Shown: positions 9,945-20,498 of the stretch, piece after piece
Layout of the letters: the number at the start of each line of letters is the position of its first letter
How positions within the stretch are numbered: the first letter of the stretch is position 1
From: a virus
DNA: 64,000 nt
Strand: one strand, 5' to 3'
Virus record (IMG/VR): IMGVR_UViG_3300031521_000027
Location: 32,001 to 96,000 of that record
Made by a program: the position numbers and the translations under genes
Notes under the pieces: model-generated
What the model saw: only the letters and a program-made list of their open reading frames with translations
What the model was told of the DNA's origin: nothing
The model's database searches: none

Positions 9945-10796
9945 ATGGCAGGCAACTACGCCGACGTGCCCTCGTGGCGCATGGCATACGACCGCGACGG
10001 CACGCAGGGCTTCAAGATGAACTCCGGCGTTCTGACGCAGCTGACCAACGCCAATCTCATCACGATCAACAACGAAGCTGACGACTACATCAACATCGGC
10101 ATCAGCCAGAATCAGGCTGGGTACCTGATCCTCCTGTTTCCTGAAAAGAGAGACCTCGACGGATACTGGATCACGGGCAGTGACAGGGACAACTTCAGCG
10201 CGCAGGTGCAGACCTCGACGAACACCACGAACGGGTCCGATGGCACGTGGACGAACCTCGGCGGCACCTACAGCGTGGTCGAGGCGGTTGTACCGAACTA
10301 CCGGCTCCACGCTCAGTCGGCCACAGCCCTCGGGATCCGGGGCGTCCGGATCTCCGCAGGAGCTGGGCTGGGCACTGGGTTCAACCCCGCAGCTGTCCAC
10401 CTCTACGGTGAGATTTCCGCAGGCCAGAGCATCGACCGGCTCGCGCTGTGGCACCCCACCCTTGATGAGCGCATCACCCCGGCGTACTTCGACTGGGGCA
10501 ACGTCCCCCGTAACACCTCTGCCTCCCGCACCTTCCGGGTGAAGAACCTCGCCGCAGCGAAGACGGCGAACACCGTCCGGGTGGCCATGGAGTCCTTGAC
10601 CGATGGATCCCCCTCGGTACCGGCACAGCACACCTTGTCCATCGGCGGCGGGTCCTACCTGCCACAGCAGACCATCGCCACGCTGGCCCCCGGAGCCCTC
10701 TCCGACGTCCTCACCCTCCGCAGGATCACCCCCGCCAACGCACAGCTGAGTCTCAGCGCCTTCCGGGTGTTCGCCGAAGCAGCGACGTGGAGCTGA
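9945..10796 (+). CDS. minor tail protein, paralog 1
   Basis: ATG 9945 after AGGAG; MAGNY..SWRM..D.DGTQ; FDWGNVPR...FRVKN Ig-like C-terminus. Confidence 0.8.
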   Translation: MAGNYADVPSWRMAYDRDGTQGFKMNSGVLTQLTNANLITINNEADDYINIGISQNQAGYLILLFPEKRDLDGYWITGSDRDNFSAQVQTSTNTTNGSDGTWTNLGGTYSVVEAVVPNYRLHAQSATALGIRGVRISAGAGLGTGFNPAAVHLYGEISAGQSIDRLALWHPTLDERITPAYFDWGNVPRNTSASRTFRVKNLAAAKTANTVRVAMESLTDGSPSVPAQHTLSIGGGSYLPQQTIATLAPGALSDVLTLRRITPANAQLSLSAFRVFAEAATWS

Positions 10797-10802
10797 TGAG
10801 CC

Positions 10803-11657
10803 ATGGCAGGTAACTACCCGAACGCGCCGTCATGGCGCATGGGATACGACACGGACGGCACTCAGGGCTACCGCGTCGTGCGCGGGGTGGTCACACCCCT
10901 CAGCGGGACCGACTTGGTGAACCTGAACAACGAGGCCACCGGGGATGCCGTCTTGACTGCCTTCGGCATGTTCGATTACGGGGAGGTCGTCCTCATCTTC
11001 CCGGAGAAGCGGGATCTCGACGCCTTCTTCGGTAAGGGCAGGACGGGAGGTCTCGGAGGAGGCACCGCCACGGTCACAACCTCAGTCGACTCCACCAATG
11101 GGGTGGATGGGACATGGACCACCGCAGGCACCTTCGCCATCGGAACGTTCAGCGACGGCAACGCCAAGGTGGCTCCGGACTACCGCGAAGCTGTCAGCAC
11201 CACCAAGCTGGGCATTCAAGCAGTGAAGTTCGCCGGAGCCTCCGCCCTGATGGCCATCCACATCTACGGAGAGATCACCGCAGGTCAGACGCTGGACCGC
11301 CTCCTCGTGTGGCACCCCACCCTCGACGAGCGGGTCTCTCCCTCGTGGTTCGACTGGGGTGATGTGCCCCGCAACTCTTCGGACACCCGGCAGTTCCGGA
11401 TCAAGAACATGTCCCCCACCAAGACGGCGACCAACGTCCGGGTGGCCATGGAGGTGCTGACCAACCAGAGCCCGTCGGTACCGGGCCAGCACGCCCTGTC
11501 CCTCAACGGAGGGTCCTACACGGCGCAGCAGACGATCTCCACGCTGGCCCCCGGCGCAGTCTCTGGCATCCTCACCCTCCGGAGGCTCACCCCCGCCAAT
11601 GCCCAGCTGGGTGCCGGATCCTTCCGGGTGTTCTCGGAGGCCCAGTCATGGGCCTGA
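10803..11657 (+). CDS. minor tail protein, paralog 2
   Basis: Clear paralogy with flanking genes. Confidence 0.8.
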   Translation: MAGNYPNAPSWRMGYDTDGTQGYRVVRGVVTPLSGTDLVNLNNEATGDAVLTAFGMFDYGEVVLIFPEKRDLDAFFGKGRTGGLGGGTATVTTSVDSTNGVDGTWTTAGTFAIGTFSDGNAKVAPDYREAVSTTKLGIQAVKFAGASALMAIHIYGEITAGQTLDRLLVWHPTLDERVSPSWFDWGDVPRNSSDTRQFRIKNMSPTKTATNVRVAMEVLTNQSPSVPGQHALSLNGGSYTAQQTISTLAPGAVSGILTLRRLTPANAQLGAGSFRVFSEAQSWA

Positions 11658-11669
11658 CAGGAGACGGCT

Positions 11670-12473
11670 ATGGCCGGTAACTACCCCGATGCCACCTCGT
11701 GGCGGATGGCCATCGACAAGGACGGCACACAGGTCTACCGGTTGTCCGGCGACACCCTCTCGCAGCTGTCCGCAGCCGATCTGGTGAACCTGAACAACGA
11801 GACCGTGCAGACGGCTGTGTCCGGAGGCGACGAGCTGATCGTCATCTTCCCGCAGAAGCGTGACCTCGACGGCTACTTCCTGCGGTCCTCAGGAGGCGTG
11901 ATCGGGGTGAAGACCTCGGTCGACTCCACCAATGGGGTGGACGGCACGTGGGTCACTGGAGTGTCCACCGCTGGCGGCGGCTCCACCATCAGCCCGGACT
12001 ACCGCGCATACTCCAGCACCACCAAGCTGGGCATCAAGGCTGTGAAGTTCACAGCTCCCGGGAGCCTCACCGCACTTCACCTGTACGGAGAGAACACGGT
12101 GGGTCAGAGCCTTGACCAGTTGATCCTGTGGAGCGCCTTCGGAGACGAGCGGGTCTCCCCCTCCAACTTCGACTGGGGCAACGTCCCGAGGTCCTCGACC
12201 GATGACCGCTACTTCCGGGTGAAGAACACCTCCACCCTGCTGACGGCGCGCAACGTCGTGGTGGCCATGGAGTCCCCGACAGACTCCACTCCGTCGGCCC
12301 AGCTGGAGCACATCATCGCGAAGGACACCCTGTTCCTTGCCCAGCAGACCATCGGAGCCATCGGACCCGGAGCCATCTCCGGGGTCCTCACCCTCCGGAG
12401 GATCACCCCATCCAACGCACAGCTGGGACTGCACACGTTCCGCCTGTATGCCGAAGCAGAGTCTTGGAGCTGA
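11670..12473 (+). CDS. minor tail protein, paralog 3
   Basis: Clear paralogy with the two preceding genes. Confidence 0.8.
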   Translation: MAGNYPDATSWRMAIDKDGTQVYRLSGDTLSQLSAADLVNLNNETVQTAVSGGDELIVIFPQKRDLDGYFLRSSGGVIGVKTSVDSTNGVDGTWVTGVSTAGGGSTISPDYRAYSSTTKLGIKAVKFTAPGSLTALHLYGENTVGQSLDQLILWSAFGDERVSPSNFDWGNVPRSSTDDRYFRVKNTSTLLTARNVVVAMESPTDSTPSAQLEHIIAKDTLFLAQQTIGAIGPGAISGVLTLRRITPSNAQLGLHTFRLYAEAESWS

Positions 12474-12476
12474 CCG

Positions 12477-12887
12477 ATGTCCACTGTGAACGCCCGCAAC
12501 ATCTCGCTCCGCTCCCACTTCGGGGCAGACAAGAGCGCCGTCGCCCTGCCCACCCTGTACTTCGCCCTCTTCAACGGCGACCCCGAAGGAGCCGGTGTCG
12601 AGCCGACCTCCACAGGTGGGTACGCCCGCAAGGCCGTGACCAACGACATCGCCCTCTGGGGCACCATCGGTGGGTCGGCGGTCTCGGTGACCAACGCCAC
12701 CGACATCGTCTTCGCCACGGCCACAGGGGTCTACTCGCAGGCCAGCCTGACCCACTGGGCAGCCTTCGACAACTCAGCAGGAGGAGTCCTGACATATGCA
12801 GGACCCCTGACCGCCACCGTCGCCGTGAGCGGTGCAGGGGATGTCCCCCGCATCGTCGCCGGGGGCCTGACCATCACCCAGCAGTAG
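12477..12887 (+). CDS. minor tail/baseplate fibre-associated protein
   Basis: YFALF..DP...EPT..GYAR..V...I.F..AT...THWA.FD...G pattern common in phage tail-fibre proteins. Confidence 0.7.
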   Translation: MSTVNARNISLRSHFGADKSAVALPTLYFALFNGDPEGAGVEPTSTGGYARKAVTNDIALWGTIGGSAVSVTNATDIVFATATGVYSQASLTHWAAFDNSAGGVLTYAGPLTATVAVSGAGDVPRIVAGGLTITQQ

Positions 12888-12897
12888 GAGTCGGACC

Positions 12898-13812
12898 ATG
12901 GCCTTCTTGGACACCGGAGGAACCGGAGCGCTACGCAAGCTCACTGGCGTAGCGACTGTTGCCGTGTCCGCGTGGGCCGTCTCCCAGATCGAGCCATCCG
13001 ATACCACCACCAGCCCGACCACCACGGTCACCCTGAAGGTGCTGGTCTCCTCCTCCGACGCCAGCAACACCGACGTGCAGATTCAGGTGGCGACAGAGAA
13101 CACCTTCTCCTCCCCCGTGGTGGATGTGACCCTCACCAACAAGCCGGACGGCTTCGTGACGGCGCTGGCGTCCGGTCTGGTCAACCTGACCAACTACTAC
13201 TGGCGAGCCCGAGCTGCCCAGACCGGCACCACCGCGTGGACTGTGTGGAGCCCGATCTGGTCCTTCGGCATCAACACAGTGGTCGGAGCTGCCTGCTCCT
13301 ACGTGTACTCCAACTTCGGCATCGACCCGGCCATGGTCGGCTCAGACGCTGAGTACGTTTTCCAGAACTTCGGCATCGAGCAGGTCCACGAGGATGTCGC
13401 ACAGGAGTACGTCAACTACAACCATGGCGTGGAGGTCACCCGCAGGTCGGTCGCGGTCGAGTACGTCCACGAGGGAGACGTCAACACAGGCACCCCTGAC
13501 CCCCGGATCTGGTTCGTCACTCCCGACAACGGCAGGGCGGGGGACGGCATCCGAATCTTCGGCTTCGGCTTTGGCGATCTTCAGAGTCAGTACGCCGGAT
13601 CGCTGGAGTGGAGGAATGGTGTGGAGTGGGATCCGCTCAGCGTCACGTCGTGGCAGACCTTCCCCCCGACCGTGAACGCCTACACAGCCGCCCGGCAGAT
13701 GGACATGCTCTCGGGTGAGATGGACATGCAGCACACCGTGATCGAAGTCCAGATCCCCGTCGAGGCTGTCCCCCCGGGCGTCTCCTTCCGCTTGGTTACG
13801 GACGGCTCCTGA
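12898..13812 (+). CDS. minor tail protein with FN3/IPT-like domains
   Basis: SGL...TNYYWRARA (FN3-like); P..GRAGD.IRIFGFGFG (IPT-like). Confidence 0.7.
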   Translation: MAFLDTGGTGALRKLTGVATVAVSAWAVSQIEPSDTTTSPTTTVTLKVLVSSSDASNTDVQIQVATENTFSSPVVDVTLTNKPDGFVTALASGLVNLTNYYWRARAAQTGTTAWTVWSPIWSFGINTVVGAACSYVYSNFGIDPAMVGSDAEYVFQNFGIEQVHEDVAQEYVNYNHGVEVTRRSVAVEYVHEGDVNTGTPDPRIWFVTPDNGRAGDGIRIFGFGFGDLQSQYAGSLEWRNGVEWDPLSVTSWQTFPPTVNAYTAARQMDMLSGEMDMQHTVIEVQIPVEAVPPGVSFRLVTDGS

Positions 13813-16800
13813 TGACCATCCGCATCTCGAACACCGTCTGGGTCACGGTCAAGCCCCCGGTCCCGCTGGAGAACACCGGCTGGGAGTTCGTGATCCTGAG
13901 CCCGGACGACTGGGCCACCGTCATCGCGCGGATCAACACCTTCTCGGACATGTCCTACGGCGACTCCTCCGCCGAGCAGGGCTCTGGGTCGATCACCCTT
14001 GACGCGGGCGCTCCCGTCCTGACCGAGCCCCTGCCGTCGGGTATCGCGGGCACGATCCTCGACCGTGAGTACCTGTGGAAGGTCTACGAGAACGGAGCCT
14101 TCCGGGGCGAGTGGCTCGGGCAGGATGTCGAGAAGGACGTCGTCGCAGGTGAGGACGGCGGTGAGCAGGTCACCATCGCTGGGCAGGGCACCCTGTCCGT
14201 CCTCCAGTGGGGCGTCATGGTCCCGATGCTGGCCTTCGATGATGAGGCCCTGACCGATGCCTTCGTGTCCAAGGACTTCCTCGGGGTGCACGCAGCGACT
14301 GCTCTGGTGTGGCTGATCGGCCACATTCAGGGTCGCGGGGGACTCATGTTCCTCGACCTGACATTTGACGAGTACACGGACTCCAAGGGTCAGCCGTGGA
14401 CCGACCTTCAGGACGTCAGCGTTAGCCCCGGAGAGACCCCTCTGGACCTCCTCCAGAGGTTCTCTGACTCCTTCGGGTGGGAGTTCACGATGATGGAGGG
14501 CTTCCGGCTCTTCATCTCGCAGGATTCCGTCGGCTCCCACCGGGAGTCGGAGATCAAGTTCTTCATCGGCGGAGACCAGAAGAGTCACACCTACAAGTCC
14601 TCCACCCGGACGATTGCCAACCACATCTACACCCCGGCTGCCGACGGCTCCATGGCCACCGCAGTGGGCACCTCCGACGCCACCCCGCACATCCGTGAGG
14701 GCTGGGCTGAGGGTGGCAGCGAGACCTCCGCAACGGCAGCGGCAGCCGTCGCTGAGTCCAACCTTGAGATGTTCCAGAACAAGCTGGTGGGACGGACCCT
14801 CTCCATCGTCGCCCGCGAGGGTCGGATCCCCTTTGACGACTTCGGGATCAACGACTGGGTCACGGTCGAGAACGGCGACAAGGACCCCGTCACGGGTGAG
14901 TACCAGACCGAGGTCGTGCAGGTCTCCAGCCTCAGCATCGGGATCAACTCCAACACCGAGGTCACCTACGAGCTGACCGTGATGACCAAGTTCGAGACGG
15001 TCGCGCTCCGGCTCACCCGGCTGCTCGACAAGATGGGAGGCTCGGCGCTGGGAGGCACCTCCTCCACCCCGATCTCCTCCGGCAGCGAAGCACAGGCCAC
15101 CGTCGCCTTCGCCCTGCTCAAGGACGTGCACCTCGCCTCCGCGCTGGGTGGGGACGTCCTGACCTACTCACAGGCCGGGGGAGTCTTCCCCGTGACACTG
15201 GGGCTCGACTACCTCAAGGACGTCGACACCGCCACGGTCGCTCCCGTCTCCGGGCAGGTCCTGAAGTGGAACGGCATCCAGTGGGTCCCCGGCGTCGGCG
15301 CAGCTGGCCCCACCACTCTTGCCACCCAGACGGACGTCACTGTCGTCGGGCTGGCCAACGGTCAGGTCTTGGTGTGGAACTCCACCACCGGCAAGTGGAC
15401 CCCCGCCACGCCATCGTCCGGAGTCACCACGCTGGCAGCCCTCACTGACGTGATCACCACCGGGATCGCCTCCGGCAAGGTCCTGACGTGGAACGGCACC
15501 AAGTGGGCCCCGGCAACCCCCGCCACCGTGATCACCGCGCTCGCGGGCTTGACCACTGATGTGGACACCACCGGAGCTGTTTCCGGAAAGGTGCTCGCCT
15601 ACAACGGCACCAAGTGGGTGCCCACCACCCCGACAGGTGGAGGCACCACCGCCCTCGCTGGCCTCACCACCGACGTCGACACTTCCGGAGTTGTTTCCGG
15701 AAAGGTGCTTGGCTTCAACGGCACCAAGTGGGTACCTGTCTCCCAGACAGGGGGCGGAGGCGCACTCCCCATAGGCGGCGCTGTCGGAGACGCCCTCCGG
15801 AAGAACTCGGTCACCGACGGGGACGCCCTGTGGACATCCGGAGGGGTGTTCTACGAGAACGGCTACACCCCCGGCAAGACGTACCTGCCCGGCCAGATCA
15901 TGCTCCGCAACGGGATCCTCTGGTTGTGTGTCACCTCGAACATGACCGACCCGTTGAACTCCGGCTCGGCGAGCACCACCACCGGGGTCGACGGCACCGC
16001 CTTCACTCGGAACAACTGTGCATCGGTGGACACCACCAACCATGTGGTCACCCTGATCAACAACGCGGGCAGTGCTGTCGCCTCGGTGATCAGCAACGAG
16101 ACCTTCATATTCGCCACCCCCCTGACCCTGAAGTGGCGAGGCAGCACCACTACTGTGGCGGACGCCCTTGCCATCGGCATCGTCTCCTCCACCCAGTCAG
16201 CCACGGTCGCGACCACCGTGGAGGCCCTCCCCTCGTTCTACGGGGTGGTGTGGGACGTCTTCAACAACCTCCTGAAGTGCTACGTCGCAGGGGTCGTTCT
16301 GGCTGACACCATGGCGCTGGCGTCCGACACCAACGACGACGTCTGGGAGATCCGGTACGCCGCCACTTCGATCAGCCTCTACTCCTCAGCGGGTCTCCTG
16401 ATCAAGACGTGGACGGTCGGCAACTACGCCGCTATGGGAGCCACCTTCCGACCGGCTGCGGGAGCCCGCACAGGCGGCTCCGCTGGAGTCTTCAAGATCT
16501 ACGGGTCCCCTGTCATGCCGGGCACCGCATCCGACTGGGTCTCCGTCGGCAAGGCCGTTGTCGGTGCTCCGGCCACGGTGGTTCAGCCCGTCGCCATTGG
16601 CGACCTCGTCACAGCTAGTGCCACAGGGACGCAGTACACACCGACCGTCGTGGGAGTCACGGCAGCCACAGTCATTGACGCCAACCCAGCCAATCAGGCC
16701 AGCAACGCTTTCGACGGCAACTCGGCCACCTACTGGCACAGCACCAACGCGATGCCCCAGTGGATCGCCGCTCAGTTCTCCGCCATCGCCAAGGTGGTGT

Positions 16801-18524
16801 CCGTCTCGATCCGCATCTACACCTTCTCGGCCAACCGCAGCCCCCGAGACTTCATGATTCAGGGGTCGAGCGACGGCACCACGTGGGTGGACCTGACGAC
16901 CTACACCGGCATCACGTGGCTCATCGGACAGACCCAGTCCTTCGCGGTCACCACAACGACCGCCTACCTCCACTACCGGATCTACATCAGTGCAAGCAAC
17001 GGCGACAACTACCAGACCATCCCGGAGATCGTCTTCACGGCAGCGATGCCGGGGGCCACCACGCTTCCTGTGGCAGCTACGGCGGGCAAGGTCTTGACCT
17101 CCGACCCCACCGCAGCTACGGGGATGAAGTGGGATACCGCCACAGGTGGTGGGGCATCCACCCTTGACTCCCTCACCGACGTCGCCACCGCTGGAGCTGT
17201 TTCTGGAAAGGTGCTGGGATACACCGGCACCCAGTGGGAGCCAGTCACCCCCTCAGGTGGCAGCGGAGGCAGCAGCGATGGGATGAAGGCTGTCTGGACG
17301 AAGAGGCTGGACGCGTCCGGGATGGCCGACCTCACCGGGTGGACATCGCGCTCAGGCACGTGGACCTCCGGTGGTGCGTATGGCGTGAACCAGACCTCAA
17401 CCTTGCAGGACAGCTGGCTGGAGTTCAACACCGATCTGGGGGTCAAGGCCCGTGCGGTGCAGTGCACCGTCCGGATCACCGCCGACGGGACCGGGCTCGG
17501 CGTCGGGTTCTACTCCTCCGGAGCGTGGGCAGCTGGCGGGCTGGGTATCGGTCTCCAGCGGGCAGGCGCAGTGTCCAAGATCTGGTGGGACAGGTACGGG
17601 GTCGGGGGCTCGACGTTCACGATGGCGACATCACTCGCGCTGGACACCGACTACGTCCTGTCGGTCTACCAGTCCGTTGTGCTCCCCACTCTGTTCGACG
17701 TCTACGTCGACCACGTCTATCAGGTCACGATCACGGCTGCCGGAGCAGTCAACACGGGGCGGGTCGGTCTCTACTCGCGGACGGAGACCGGATGGATCCG
17801 CAACGTCACTGTCTGGACAGGCGAACTGTCCGGGTCGAATCCCGAGACCCCCGTGGTTGCCCCAGCCGCTGGAATCGGCGACCGCCGCTGGAACGTCCCG
17901 GTTGGCTGGACGTCCTTTGATGAGTTCAACAACGCCTCACTGGACGCCGCGTGGGTGCGAGTCGACAAGTCGGGAGGCACCGCCCGAGCGGTCTGGACTG
18001 AGGCTGCTGACGTCCTGTCTGTGTTCAACAACGGAGAGGACGCAGCCTCCGAACTGCACGCCATGATGCGCCCCCTGTCTGGTGTGGGGGGAAGTCTGAT
18101 CGCCGGAGACGCGTTCGTGACCCACCTGAGCCTGAACGGCTCTAACGGCGCTTACGTCATGGGGGGACTCGTCCTCGCCGACGGAGTCACATCGGGGGCT
18201 GGAACCCAGCTCATCACGCTGTCGTTCACCAACAATGGGGCCCTCAGCGTGGATACCCGAGTGATGACGAACTATCAGGTAGCCGGGGCGCAGTCCACAA
18301 CGGTTGGGTACCCCCATGGTCCGCTGTACGAGCGGCTGGTCTTCCTTGGGGGTACTACGTGGCGGACAGACATCTCTCCTGATGGAGTGTCGTGGGTGCC
18401 CGGGACCACCGTGTCGTGCGCGATCACCCCCACCCATGTCGGGGTGCACTGTTCCTCGTGGGGGAGTGGGATCAAGGGAGTCTCGTCGTACGAGTTCATC
18501 CGGCGTGTGGCCGGAGTGACCTGA
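13812..18524 (+). CDS. large tail tip/fibre (Tal-like N-terminus, L..LTDV...SGKVL.WNGT.W.P shaft repeats, F5/8-type and lectin-like domains)
   Basis: 1570 aa; repeated fibre motif; NAFDGNSATYWHS...PQWI...SPRDF.IQGSSDG discoidin signature. Confidence 0.85.
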   Translation: MTIRISNTVWVTVKPPVPLENTGWEFVILSPDDWATVIARINTFSDMSYGDSSAEQGSGSITLDAGAPVLTEPLPSGIAGTILDREYLWKVYENGAFRGEWLGQDVEKDVVAGEDGGEQVTIAGQGTLSVLQWGVMVPMLAFDDEALTDAFVSKDFLGVHAATALVWLIGHIQGRGGLMFLDLTFDEYTDSKGQPWTDLQDVSVSPGETPLDLLQRFSDSFGWEFTMMEGFRLFISQDSVGSHRESEIKFFIGGDQKSHTYKSSTRTIANHIYTPAADGSMATAVGTSDATPHIREGWAEGGSETSATAAAAVAESNLEMFQNKLVGRTLSIVAREGRIPFDDFGINDWVTVENGDKDPVTGEYQTEVVQVSSLSIGINSNTEVTYELTVMTKFETVALRLTRLLDKMGGSALGGTSSTPISSGSEAQATVAFALLKDVHLASALGGDVLTYSQAGGVFPVTLGLDYLKDVDTATVAPVSGQVLKWNGIQWVPGVGAAGPTTLATQTDVTVVGLANGQVLVWNSTTGKWTPATPSSGVTTLAALTDVITTGIASGKVLTWNGTKWAPATPATVITALAGLTTDVDTTGAVSGKVLAYNGTKWVPTTPTGGGTTALAGLTTDVDTSGVVSGKVLGFNGTKWVPVSQTGGGGALPIGGAVGDALRKNSVTDGDALWTSGGVFYENGYTPGKTYLPGQIMLRNGILWLCVTSNMTDPLNSGSASTTTGVDGTAFTRNNCASVDTTNHVVTLINNAGSAVASVISNETFIFATPLTLKWRGSTTTVADALAIGIVSSTQSATVATTVEALPSFYGVVWDVFNNLLKCYVAGVVLADTMALASDTNDDVWEIRYAATSISLYSSAGLLIKTWTVGNYAAMGATFRPAAGARTGGSAGVFKIYGSPVMPGTASDWVSVGKAVVGAPATVVQPVAIGDLVTASATGTQYTPTVVGVTAATVIDANPANQASNAFDGNSATYWHSTNAMPQWIAAQFSAIAKVVSVSIRIYTFSANRSPRDFMIQGSSDGTTWVDLTTYTGITWLIGQTQSFAVTTTTAYLHYRIYISASNGDNYQTIPEIVFTAAMPGATTLPVAATAGKVLTSDPTAATGMKWDTATGGGASTLDSLTDVATAGAVSGKVLGYTGTQWEPVTPSGGSGGSSDGMKAVWTKRLDASGMADLTGWTSRSGTWTSGGAYGVNQTSTLQDSWLEFNTDLGVKARAVQCTVRITADGTGLGVGFYSSGAWAAGGLGIGLQRAGAVSKIWWDRYGVGGSTFTMATSLALDTDYVLSVYQSVVLPTLFDVYVDHVYQVTITAAGAVNTGRVGLYSRTETGWIRNVTVWTGELSGSNPETPVVAPAAGIGDRRWNVPVGWTSFDEFNNASLDAAWVRVDKSGGTARAVWTEAADVLSVFNNGEDAASELHAMMRPLSGVGGSLIAGDAFVTHLSLNGSNGAYVMGGLVLADGVTSGAGTQLITLSFTNNGALSVDTRVMTNYQVAGAQSTTVGYPHGPLYERLVFLGGTTWRTDISPDGVSWVPGTTVSCAITPTHVGVHCSSWGSGIKGVSSYEFIRRVAGVT

Positions 18525-18587
18525 GTTGCGACACGCCGGGCGTGACCTACGACACTAGGTAGTAGGTTTCTTGATACGATCTGCTCC

Positions 18588-18746
18588 GTGCCAGAGTCCT
18601 TGCTCGAACGCCTCCGCCCCATGTGGGCTGCTGCTGTATCGGCTTTTCTCTCTGACCCGTCGTATGCCATTGAGATGGCCACCGTCGGGAGCCAGCAGGC
18701 AGTAGTTGTCGCCCGTTCTGAGGACATGGAGTTCAGCGGCGTATAA
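18588..18746 (+). CDS. possible 52-aa leaderless ORF
   Basis: TACGAT -10-like hexamer 7 nt before GTG; atypical codon usage. Confidence 0.3.
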   Translation: MPESLLERLRPMWAAAVSAFLSDPSYAIEMATVGSQQAVVVARSEDMEFSGV

Positions 18747-18748
18747 GT
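18718..18748 (+). promoter_or_regulatory. putative middle promoter (CTGAG-N15-GGCGTATAAGT) for helicase-sigma operon
   Basis: Matches bipartite consensus seen at 8 other sites. Confidence 0.6.
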
Positions 18749-18767
18749 GGTCAGGAGGAATAATCCC

Positions 18768-20498
18768 TTGCCACTCAACTTTGACGTCCGGAACTTCACC
18801 GAAGCTCGCCGTGAGCAGCTCGCGTGGAGGATCCACCAGTCCGTGAACTGGAAGCTCCCGCCCCTGAAGGTGTGGAACTACGACCTGTGCCGCATCCATG
18901 CGCGCGGGTGGGTCGAGGAGATCCGTGACACCGACGGTGAGGTCAAGACCCACACCGTCTACGACCGGCCCAAGCCCGGCTGCCGGGACTGTGGGATCCA
19001 CTTCCGCAGGCACCAGCACATCGGGGTGGCGTGGCTCTATTTCAAGAAACACGCCCTGCTGGCTGACACCATGGGATCGGGCAAGACCACCGAGGCTGGC
19101 GGGCTGATCGCCATGCTGATCGAGACCGGGGAGCTGTCCCTCTTCCGTGACAGATCCAGCGCCCACGGTGGCAAGGGTCGAGTCATCATCGTGCCCCGGT
19201 CCCCCGCCCTCCACCAGTGGCGCACCGAGCTTCTCCGGATGATGCCCAGCCTGAACATCCTCGTCTCCGAAGGCACCCGCAAGCAGCGCACCCAGTTCTA
19301 CCTCCAGCCGTGGCAGGTCCTCCTGATCGGGCCTGAGATGCTGCGCAACGACTACCAGCTGCTGGAGAACTTCGACCTCTCCCTCTTCCTCACCGACGAC
19401 ATCGACGCCCTCCGCAACCCCACCACCGAGACCTCCTACGTGCTGGACCGGATGGGTGCCCGGGGGGTCGAGGGCCTGCGTCCCGGCACCGACCGCTACG
19501 TCATCATGACCGGCACCCCCCTCCAGAAGCGCCTGCCCGAGCTGCACGCGGTGCTGGACGGCATCGGGGGCACCCTCGCGCTGGGCAGCATGGACTCCTT
19601 CGTCCACCGCCACGTCCGCAAGGCCACCATCACCGAGTACGACCGGAAGTCAGGCAAGGACATCCGCAAGGAGGTCGTGGTCGGCTACCGGGACCTCGGT
19701 ACGGTCAAGGCCCGGATCGCCCCGCTCGTGCTCCGCCGCACCGCCGCCGACCTCGACGACGTCGACCTGCCCACGATCATCCCCAACGACGTCATGCTCG
19801 ACCTCTACCCCGTGCAGCGGGCCAAGTACACCGAGCTGCGCAAGGGCGTGCTGAAGATCATCCGCGAGGAGGGCACGCAGGTGAAGCGCCCCAACGCGCT
19901 GGCCAAGATCCACTACGGTGCGGCCATCTGTGCAGGGCTCGCCGCGCTTGGGGAAGAGGACGGCCCCGGGACCAGCGTCAAGCTCGACTGGGTGGTCAAC
20001 CAGCTCACCGAGGGTGGGCTCAGCGAGCGCGGCGAGAAGGTGGTCGTGTTCGCCAACCTGAAGAACACCGTCAGGGCCCTCCAGATCCGGCTCAAGGAGG
20101 AGGGTGTGGGCTTCGTCACGGTGTGGGGGCAGGAGAACGACAAGGTCAAGCGCGCAGCCTCACAGGAGCGGTTCTGGACCGACCCGAAGTGCAAGGTGCT
20201 GATCGGCACCAAGGCCATCGAGCAGTCCCTGAACCTTCAGGTCTCCCGGCACCTCGTCAACATTGACATGATCTTGAACCCAGCGAGAATGGAGCAGTTG
20301 GCCGGACGTATTCGCCGCGACGGCTCGGCCTTCCAGCACGTCTACGTGCACAACCTCCTGACCATCAATACGCAGGAGGAGAAGTACCTCCCCCTGCTGG
20401 AGCGTGAAGCAGCGCTGGCCGCGCACATCTGGGACGAGGATTCCCAGCTGTTCACTGCCCTCTCACCCTTGGCCCTTCTACAGCTCATTTCCGGATGA
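18768..20498 (+). CDS. SNF2-family helicase/ATPase
   Basis: LLADTMGSGKT, MTGTPLQ, VLRRT, MEQLAGRIRR; Walker B is atypical (DDID); TTG start after AGGAGG. Confidence 0.9.
   Translation: MPLNFDVRNFTEARREQLAWRIHQSVNWKLPPLKVWNYDLCRIHARGWVEEIRDTDGEVKTHTVYDRPKPGCRDCGIHFRRHQHIGVAWLYFKKHALLADTMGSGKTTEAGGLIAMLIETGELSLFRDRSSAHGGKGRVIIVPRSPALHQWRTELLRMMPSLNILVSEGTRKQRTQFYLQPWQVLLIGPEMLRNDYQLLENFDLSLFLTDDIDALRNPTTETSYVLDRMGARGVEGLRPGTDRYVIMTGTPLQKRLPELHAVLDGIGGTLALGSMDSFVHRHVRKATITEYDRKSGKDIRKEVVVGYRDLGTVKARIAPLVLRRTAADLDDVDLPTIIPNDVMLDLYPVQRAKYTELRKGVLKIIREEGTQVKRPNALAKIHYGAAICAGLAALGEEDGPGTSVKLDWVVNQLTEGGLSERGEKVVVFANLKNTVRALQIRLKEEGVGFVTVWGQENDKVKRAASQERFWTDPKCKVLIGTKAIEQSLNLQVSRHLVNIDMILNPARMEQLAGRIRRDGSAFQHVYVHNLLTINTQEEKYLPLLEREAALAAHIWDEDSQLFTALSPLALLQLISG

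Noticed and set aside
9945-18524. Diversity-generating retroelement or invertase shufflon acting on tail genes
   Set aside because: No reverse transcriptase or invertase, no adenine-specific TR/VR pair, no inverted crossover sites seen
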